DNA of 20,000 nucleotides. It comes from Malacoraja senta. Taxonomy: Eukaryota. The DNA lies in contig JAXLNO010000149.1 in the NCBI GenBank assembly GCA_038087875.1, positions 59,105 to 79,104 on the forward strand. The letters are read 5' to 3'. The notes below the pieces were generated by a model, which was not told the DNA's origin, ran no database searches, and saw nothing but the letters and a program-made list of their open reading frames with translations. A program made the translations under genes and the position numbers. Positions 9,824 to 17,538 of this stretch are shown one piece after another (within the stretch, counting starts at the first letter, position 1; the number at the start of each line of letters is the position of its first letter).

Positions 9824-12772
9824 AACGGTTGGGGGGAGGGACTCAAATAGAGAAAGCTAGTAGAAAATGTGGGAGGCAGGAGGCAGAGAAGGGAAGCACT
9901 CGGACCCAAAATGTAGGGGAGAAAGAAGAAAAAGATAATAAACAGAGAATAAGTGGTGGTGGGTTTCTTAAATGTGTATATTTTAATGCTAGGAGCATTG
10001 TAAGAAAGGTGGATGAGCTTAGAGCCTGGATTGACACCTGAAAGTATGATGTTGCGGCGATCAGTGAAACATGGTTGCAGGAGGGCTGTGATTGGAAACT
10101 AAATATTCCAGGATTTCGTTGCTTCAGGGGTGATAGAATTGGAGGGGCAAGAGGTGGGGGTGTTGCATTGCTTGTCAAGGAAGATATTACAGCAGTGCTT
10201 TGGCAGGATAGATTAGAGGGCTCGTCTAGGAAGGCTATTTGGGTGGAACTGAGAAATGGGAAAGGCGTAGCAACACTTATAGAGGTGTATTATAGACCGC
10301 CAAATGGGGAGCGAGAATTGGAAGAGCAAATATGTAAGGAGATAGCAGATATTAGTAGTAAGCACAAGATAGTGATTGTGGGAGATTTCAATTTTCCACA
10401 CATAGACTGGGAAACACATTCTGTAAAAGGGCTGGATGGTTTGGAGTTTGTAAAATGTGTGCAGGATAGTTTTTTGCAGCAATACATAGAGGTACCTACT
10501 AGAGAAGGGGCCGTGCTGGACCTCCTGTTAGGAAATGAGACAGGGCAGGTGGCGGAGGTATGCGTCGGGGAGCACTTCGGGTCCAGTGATCACAATGCCA
10601 TTTGTTTCAATATAATTATGGAGAGGGTCAGAACTGGACCTAGGGTTGAGATTTTTGATTGGAGAAAGGCTAACTTTGAGGAGATGCGAAATGATTTAAA
10701 AGGAGTGAATTGGGACATGTTGTTTTATGGGAAGGATATAGAAGAGAAATGGAGGACATTTAAGGGTGACATTTTAAGAGTACAGAATCTTTATGTCCCT
10801 GTTCGGTTGAAAGGAAATAGTAAAAATTGGAAGGAGCCATGGTTTTCAAGGGAAATTGGACACTTCGTTCGGAAAAAGAGAGAGATCAACCATAATTATA
10901 GGCAGCATGGAGTAAATGAGGTGCTTGAGGAGTATAAATAATGTAAAAAGAATATTAAGAAAGAAATTGGAAAAGCTAAAAGAAGATATGAGGTTGCTTG
11001 GCAAGTAAGGTGAAAGTAAATCCAAAGGGTTTCTACACCTATATTTATAGCAAAAGGATAACAAGGAATAAAATTGGTCCATTAGAGAGTCAGAGTGGAC
11101 AGCTATCTGCAGAGCCAAAAGAGATGGGGGAGATATTGAACAATTTCTTTTCTTCGGTATTCACCAAGGAGAAGGATATGGAATTATGTGAGGTAAGGGA
11201 AACAAGCAGAGTAGCAATGGAAACTATGAGATTCAAAGAAGAGGAGGTGTGGACACTTTTGAAAAATATGAAAACGGATAAGTCTCCAGGTCCTGACAGG
11301 ATATTCCCTAGGACATTGAGGGAAGTTAGTGTAGAAATAGCAGGGGCTATGACAGAAATATTTCAAATGTCATTAGAAACGGGAATAGTGCCGGAGGATT
11401 GGCGTACTGCGCATGTTGTTCCGTTGTTTAAAAAGGGTTCTAAGAGTAAACCTAGCAATTATAGACCTGTTAGTTTGACGTCAGTGGTGGGCAAATTAAT
11501 GGAAAGGATACTTAAAGATAATATATATAAGCATCTGGATAAGCAGGGTCTGATTAGGAACAGTCAACATGGATTTGTGCCTGGAAGGTCATGCTTGACT
11601 AATCTTCTTGAATTTTTCGAAGAGGTTACTAGGGAAATTGATGAGGGTAAAGCAGTGGATGTTGTCTATATGGATTTCAGTAAGGCCTTTGACAAGGTTC
11701 CTCATGGAAGGTTGGTTAAGAAGATTCAATTGTTGGGTATTAATGGTGGAGTAGCAAGATGGATTCAACAGTGGCTGAATGGGAGATGCCAGAGAGTAAT
11801 GGTGGATGGCTGTTTGTCAGGTTGGAGGCCGGTGACTAGTGGGGTGCCTCAGTGGTCTGTGTTGGGTCCACTGTTGTTTGTCATGTACATCAATGATCTG
11901 GATGATGGTATGGAAAATTGGATTAGTAAGTATGCAGATGATACTAAGATAGGTGGTGTTGTGGATAATGAAGTCGATTTTCAAAGTCTACAGAGAGATT
12001 TAGGCCATTTGGAAGAGTGGGCTGAAAGATGGCAGATGGAGTTTAATGCTGACAAATGTGAGATGCTACATCTCGGCAGGACCAGTCAAAATAGGACGTA
12101 CATGGTAAATGGTAGCGAATTGAGGAATGCGGTTGAACAGAGGGATCTAGGAATAACTGTGCATAGTTCCCTGAAGGTGGAATCTCATGTAGATAGGGTG
12201 GTAAAGAAAGCTTTTGGTGTGCTGGCCTTTATAAATCAGAGCATTGAATATAGAAGATGGGATGTAATGTCAAAATTGTACAAGGCATTGGTGAGGCCAA
12301 TTCTTGAGTATGGAGTACAATTTTGGTCGCCTAATTATAGGAAGGATGTCAACAAAATAGAGAGAGTACAGAGGAGATTTACTAGAATGTTGCCTGGGTT
12401 TCAGCAACTAAGTTACAGAGAAAGGTTGAACAAGTTAGGTCTTTCTTCTTTGGAGTGCAGAAGGTTAAGAGGGGACTTGATAGAGGTCTTTAAAATTATG
12501 AGCGGGTTAGACAGAGTGGACGTGGATAAGCTTTTCCCATTCAGAGTAGGGAAGTTCAAACAAGGGGACATGACTTGAGAATTAAGGGACAGAAGTTTAG
12601 GGGTAACATTAGGGGGAACTTCTTTACTCAGAGAGTGGTAGCTGTGTGGAATGAGCTTCCAGTGGAAGTGGTGGAGGCAGGTTCGATGTTATCCTTTAAA
12701 AATAGATTGGATGGGTATATGGACGGGAAAGGAACGGAGGGTTATGGTCTGAGTGCAGGTAGATGGGACTAG
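9820..12772 (+). pseudogene. CR1 ORF2 copy 2 (APE + RT), disrupted
   Basis: ORFs 9829..10041, 10075..10941, 10998..12578 and 12575..12772. Stops at 10039-10041 and 10939-10941, frameshifts near 10998 and 12556, and PQG changed to PQW. YADD intact. Confidence 0.95.
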
Positions 12773-12811
12773 GGGGAAGTAAAAAAATTTTTTAAAAAAT
12801 ACAAGTGTTCG

Positions 12812-12873
12812 GCACGGACTTGAAGGGCCGAGATGGCCTGTTTCCGTGCTGTTATGGTTATGGTTATGGTTAT
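12812..12873 (+). other. CR1 3'-terminal stem-loop and hexamer tail
   Basis: GCACGGA (12812-12818) pairs with TCCGTGC (12843-12849), enclosing GGCC-gagat-GGCC. Followed by (GTTATG)3 GTTAT. Confidence 0.75.
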
Positions 12874-12932
12874 AGACTCAAAAAGCTGGAGTAACTCAGT
12901 GGGACAGGCAGCATCTCTGGAGAGAAGGAGTG

Positions 12933-12966
12933 GGTGACGTTTCGGTTCAAGACCCTTCTTCAGACT
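12933..12966 (-). ncRNA. Minimal type I hammerhead-ribozyme-like motif in the Penelope-like element
   Basis: Minus strand reads agt-CTGAAGA-agggtcttgaacc-GAAAC-GTC-acc, i.e. CUGANGA box, short stem II, GAAA box and GUC triplet. Helices I and II are imperfect in this copy. Confidence 0.6.
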
Positions 12967-12992
12967 GGTTATGGATAAGGGAAACAAGAGAT

Positions 12993-13532
12993 ATAGAAAC
13001 ATAGAAACATAGAAATTAGGTGCAGGAGTAGGCCATTCGGCCCTTCGAGCCTGCACCGCCATTCAATATGATCATGGCTGATCATCCAACTCAGTATCCC
13101 GTACCTGCCTTCTCTCCATACCCTCTGATCCATTTAGCCACAAGGGCCACATCTAACTCCCTCTTAAATATAGCCAATGAACTGGCCTCGACTACCCTCT
13201 GTGGCAGAGAGTTCCAGAGATTCACCACTCTCTGTGTGAAAAAAGTTCTTCTCATCTCGGTTTTAAAGGATTTCCCCCTTATCCTTAAGCTGTGACCCCT
13301 TGTCCTGGACTTCCCCAACATCGGGAGCAATCTTCCTGCATCTAGCCTGTCCAACCCCTTAAGAATTTTGTAAGTTTCTATAAGATCCCCTCTCAATCTC
13401 CTAAATTCTAGAGAGTATAAACCAAGTCTATCCAGTCTTTCTTCATAAGACAGTCCTGACATCCCAGGAATCAGTCTGGTGAACCTTCTCTGCACTCCCT
13501 CTATGGCAATAATGTCCTTCCTCAGATTTGGA
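12993..13532 (-). mobile_element. CR1 3' fragment with (TTTCTATG)n tail, inserted in the Penelope-like element
   Basis: ORF 13091..13576 (IEGVQRRFTRLIPG..LYSLEFRRLRGDLIE). Tail atagaaacatagaaacatagaaa at 12993-13015. Confidence 0.93.
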
Positions 13533-13683
13533 TGATGATGTAAAGAGATAAAGAACAATGAATGGAAGATATGCAAAAAATAACGATGAGATTAAACAGG
13601 CCATTGTTAGCTATTTATTAGGTGAAAACGAGAAACTAGTGTGACTTGGGTGGGGAGGGAAAGAGAGAGAGGGAATGCCAGGG

Positions 13684-14052
13684 CTACCTGAAGTTAGAGA
13701 AATCAACATTTCGTACCACTGGGCTGTAAACTGCCCAAGCAAAATATGAGATGCTGTTCCTCCAATTTGCATTCATCCTCACTCTGACAATGGAGGAGAC
13801 CTAGGACAGAAAGGTCTGTGTGGGTATGGGAAGGAAAAGTAAAGTTTTAGCCACCGAGAGATCAGGTAGGTTCAGGCAGACTGAGCAAAGGTGTTCAGTG
13901 AAACGATCGCCCAGTCTGCGTTTGGTCTCATCGATGTATAAGAGTCCACATCTTGAACAATAAATACAGTAGATGAGGTTGGAGGAGGTGCAAGTGAACC
14001 TCTGCCTAACCTGAAAGGACTGTTGGGGTTCCTGGACAGAGTCAAGAGAGGT
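13684..14052 (-). pseudogene. GIY-YIG endonuclease remnant of Penelope-like element
   Basis: Manual translation: VQEPQQSFQVRQRFTCTSSNLIYCIYCSRCGLLYIDETKRRLGDRFTEHLCSV ... KLEEQHLIFCLGSLQPSG. Stop TAG at 13686-13684. Frameshifted, and not given in this frame by the ORF track. Confidence 0.88.
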
Positions 14053-14055
14053 GGC

Positions 14056-15008
14056 ATGATTTGGATGAAGGGATTCAAAGTAACATTAGCAAATTTGCAG
14101 ATGACACTAAGCTGGGTGGCAGTGTGAACTGCCATGCTATGAGAATGCAGGGTGACATGGACAGGTTGGGGGAGTGGGCAGATGCATGGCAGATGGACTT
14201 TAATGAGGACAAATGTGAGGTTGTCCACTTTGGTAGCAAAAACAGGTAGACAGATTACTATCAAAATGGCGTCAAGTTGGGAAAAGGGGAAGTACAACGG
14301 GATCTGGGGGTCTTTGTTCATCAGTTTATGAAAGTAAGCAGGCAGGTACAGCAGGCAGTGAGGAAAGCGAATGGCATGTTGGCCTTTATAAGAAGAGGAA
14401 TTGAACATAGGAGCAAAGAGGTCATTCTGCAGTTGTACAGAGCCCTAGTGAGACCACACCTGGGGTATTGTGTGCAGTTTTCGTCCCCTAATTTGAGGAA
14501 GGAGATTCTTGCTATTGAGGGAGTGCAGCGTAGGTTTACAATGTTAATTCCCGGGATGGCGGGACTGTCATATGCTGAGAGAATGGAGCGGCTGGGCTTG
14601 TACACTCTGGAGGCTTAGAAGGATGAGAGGAGATCTCATTGAAACATATAAGATTGTTCAGGATTTGGACACGCTAGAGGCAAGAAACATGTTCCCGATG
14701 TTGGGGGAGTCCTGAACCAGTGGCCACAGTTTAAGAATAAGGAGTAAGCCATTTAGAATGCAGACGAAGATTTTTTTTTCTCACAGAGAGTAGCGAGTCT
14801 GTGGAATTCTCTGCCTCAGAGGGCGAGGGAGGCCGGTTCTCTGGATGCTTTCAAGATAGGGCTCTTAAAGATAGTGCAGTCAGGGGATATGGGAGAAGGC
14901 AGGAACGGGGTACTGATGGGGATGATCAGCCATGATCACATTGAATGGAGGTGCTGGCTCAAAGGGCCCAATGGCCTACTCCTGCACCTGTTGTTTTTTG
15001 TCTATTGT
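14056..15008 (+). mobile_element. CR1 5'-truncated fragment (RT C-terminus + 3' UTR), inserted in the Penelope-like ORF
   Basis: ORFs 14061..14249 ([11 protein letters not shown]) and 14277..14618. 3' UTR atcagccatgatcacattgaatgg..ggcctactcctgcacct, with a ttgtctattgt tail. Confidence 0.93.
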
Positions 15009-16065
15009 ATAGGTACCGGTGTTGCATCTTCTGCGGTTGCAGGGGAACGTACTGGGGAGGGGTGGTTTAGGTGGGAAGGGGTGAGTTAACCAAGAAGGTG
15101 CAGAGGGAATGGTCTTTGCGGAAGGTAGAAAGGGGAGGAGATGGGAAAATGTGACCAGTGGTGGGATCCCATTGGAGGTGGCGGAAATTTTGGAGGATTA
15201 TGTGCTGTGTGTGGCGGCTGATGGGGTGAAAGGTAAGGACAAGGGTGGCTCTGTCTAAGTTGTGACTAGGGCGAGCCTCATCTATGATGGGGGAGGGGAA
15301 CCCAAGTTCCCTAAAGAATGAGGACATCTCGGATTTCCTGGAATGGAATACCTCATCTTGGGCGCAGATGCAGCGTAGATGGACCAATTGGGAGTAGGGG
15401 ATAGAGTCTTTGCATGAAGCAGGGTAGGGAGAAGTGTTGTCGAGATAGTTGTGGGATTCAGTGGGTTTGTAATAGATGTCTATCGATAGTCTATTTCCCG
15501 TGATGGAGAATGTAAGATCAAGAAAGGGGAGGGAGGTGTCGGTGATTTTGATTGCAGGATGGAAATTAGTGGTGAAGTTGATGGTCCATGATTTCTGCAT
15601 GGGTGCAGGAGGTAGCACCGATGCAGTCATCAATGTAATGGAGATAGAGTTCGGGGATAGGTCCTTGGACTTGGAGGAAGTGGGAAGATTCGAAGGAGGT
15701 TATTAAGAGTGAGAACCAGCTCCGCTAGGTGGTGTAGTGTTAGTAGAGGGAATTGGATGGTTCTGCGGTCGAGGAAGAAACGGTGGACTTTAAGGCCTTC
15801 CTGGTGGGGGATGGAGGTGTAGAGTGAATGAACGTCCATGGTAAAGATAAGGGGGTGGAGGCTCTGAAAGCAGAAGTCATTAAAGGGACAAAGGGAATGT
15901 GAGGTATCTTGGACATAGGTTGGTACGGATTGGAACAGGGGGGGATAGGATGGTGTCGAAGTACGTGGAAATTATTTCAGTGGGACAGGGCAGTTGTGTT
16001 TATGGACTTTGTGGGGAAGTTCAAACCGGGCTGTGCGAGGCTGGGAAATTATAAGGTGTTAGGTG
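15009..16065 (-). pseudogene. Penelope-type reverse transcriptase remnant
   Basis: PRTARF.LPHKVHK, MDVHSLYTSIPHQEGL, ELVLTLNN, LHYIDDCIGA, LPFLDL, IYYKPT.SHNYL and CKDSIPYSQ. The GxAMG motif region appears deleted near 15660. Confidence 0.9.
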
Positions 16066-16124
16066 TCAGGTGTACGGCATAAAGATGTCAGACACAAGAA
16101 TAATGGAAAAGGTATAAGGTCTAC

Positions 16125-16243
16125 CTTGCTTGAAGTCCTCAGATATTTCTTTGAATGTGGTGTTGAACGAAACAGGGCAATGAAACTTTTCAATCGGCAA
16201 GGCTTCATTTACCACCGACAGTGGTTTGGCTTCATCACGAACC
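16125..16243 (-). CDS. 119-nt internal TRIM exon (linker before B30.2)
   Basis: tttccAG|g gtt cgt gat...aag caa g|GTagac. Open frame VRDEAKPLSVVNEALPIEKFHCPVSFNTTFKEISEDFKQ. Its phase-1 end joins the B30.2 exon to give KQ-VSVTLD. Confidence 0.85.
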
Positions 16244-16340
16244 CTGGAAATATTTTACAGCTGGTTATAAACTGAGCATTAGAAATGTTTTGAGTTGTTC
16301 CACAAAAACTTACAATGTTTCCATCAAGACAATGTCCTAC

Positions 16341-16363
16341 CTTCGCTTGCGCCCAGCTTCCTC
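16341..16363 (-). pseudogene. 23-nt TRIM micro-exon (EEAGRKR-R) with non-canonical CAA acceptor
   Basis: gtgttttatttctttcAA|gaggaagctgggcgcaagcgaag|GTagga. The phase-2 end fits the 119-nt exon. A 23-nt exon is typical of B30.2-type TRIM genes. Confidence 0.72.
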
Positions 16364-16675
16364 TTGAAAGAAATAAAACACAAATCTCAATTGATTGAGA
16401 TGGACCATCCTCATCCCTACACCGGGAATTTCTCCAAATTTCTGTAACCCTCTGATAATTCCCATTTCCCAACTCTTATCACCTCTGTCATGCAGACAGA
16501 AAGCGGATAGAGCCGCCGAGATGTGGAACGATGGGGAAAACACAAGGAATGTTCATGAGAATAACGGCATAACTGAGAGGATGGAACTTACTGAAAAGAC
16601 TGGGCAGGTCGTGGGATTTCATCTGGAGAAGATGTCAGGCATGATTTTTTTATTTTTTTATTTTATTAGAAGTAT

Positions 16676-16986
16676 TGTAGCGGCACCTAATGGTTAGGCC
16701 ACTCCTCCTATGCGAACCCTCGGCAACCCTGGGAAAGAGTCACGAGATATATTGGGTGTGTCCCAGTATATAAGTCCTGACCTTCCCTCTCTCTCGTTCT
16801 CTGTCTCTGGCTCTTGCTCCTCCTCTGACTTCATGAGAGTGTCCTGCCACCGCAGCAGGAGCACAACCGAGCCCACGAGGCAACAGCCTCTCAACAACTA
16901 CAACTGTTATGTTAGAGTGTTAAACGTCCATGTATTGTCAACTAAAAGGCCTGTCTCACGAGTCTGCGGTCATTGGCGGTGATACA
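16676..16986 (+). mobile_element. LTR-like element (311 bp)
   Basis: TGTA...TACA termini, TATATAA at ~16767-16773 followed by a CT-rich tract, and an ACTAAA poly(A)-like signal at 16941. GAAGTAT is repeated on both flanks (16669-16675 and 16988-16994). Confidence 0.6.
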
Positions 16987-17129
16987 GGAAGTATCTACCG
17001 CTCGTGGACCGCCAGAGACCGCGGGTTCGGTCAAACACACACCGCCGGGGCCGTGCGGCGTTGGTCCCAACACCGCACGGTGCTCACAAAAAGTCAACAA
17101 TGTCTAAAATAATTTCCTACCACACAGCG

Positions 17130-17310
17130 GCCGCCAGTGAGGCACGAGTGCGGCAAGGTCTCCGCCACTGCCGCCGCCAGTGTGGCACGAGCACCGTGAG
17201 TCGAACTTTCACCGCCACACGCCCGCCGCCAGTGAGGCACGTGTGCGGCACGGCTGCCGCCACAGCCGCCGCCAGTGAGGCACGTGTGCGTCACGTCCGC
17301 CGCCATAGCC
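17130..17310. repeat. GC-rich ~43-bp tandem repeat (4 cores GCCGCCAGTGWGGCACG) in a CpG-rich block
   Basis: Cores start at 17130, 17173, 17225 and 17268 (spacing 43/52/43). Confidence 0.85.
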
Positions 17311-17538
17311 CCGCGATCCGAAAGACGTCATCGCGTGATGACGTCATCACCCGACGCCGCAAGCTCGTGGATCCAGCCGTACGGAGATCACTCGGCCCCC
17401 GCGCAGCATCCGTGCGGCGCTCTCGTGGTTGCCGTGCGGTCCCCTCTTCCGGCGATGCCGCGCTTCACCGCCAATGACCGCAACACCGTGAGACAGAGCC
17501 TTTACAATGCCTGAATAAACCATCCTGTTATTCACGAC

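Larger units (their letters stand above)
8738..12871 (+). mobile_element. Young CR1-clade LINE copy 2, near full length, with (GTTATG)n tail and ATAGAC target-site duplication
   Basis: 5' UTR, ORF1, ORF2, 3' stem-loop and tail at 12851-12873. ATAGAC occurs at 8732-8737 and 12872-12877. Confidence 0.96.
8700..16065 (-). mobile_element. Penelope-like retroelement, 5'-truncated and split into four pieces (8700-8737, 12872-12995, 13533-14052, 15009-16065) by nested CR1 insertions
   Basis: RT and GIY-YIG remnants join seamlessly when the CR1 inserts are removed (CNRRRCNTGTY|TSLDSVQEPQQSFQVRQRF). The 3' non-coding part carries a hammerhead-like motif. Confidence 0.85.

Noticed and set aside
16974..16991. 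TGGCGGTGATACAGGAAG as a tRNA primer-binding site
   Set aside because: Its complement does not fit tRNA 3'-end geometry (no C61), and I do not recognise a matching tRNA. It also overlaps the better TACA terminus.
17130..17310. CRISPR-like appearance of regularly spaced 17-nt cores
   Set aside because: The spacers are similar to each other (tandem repeat), the context is vertebrate, and there are no cas genes.
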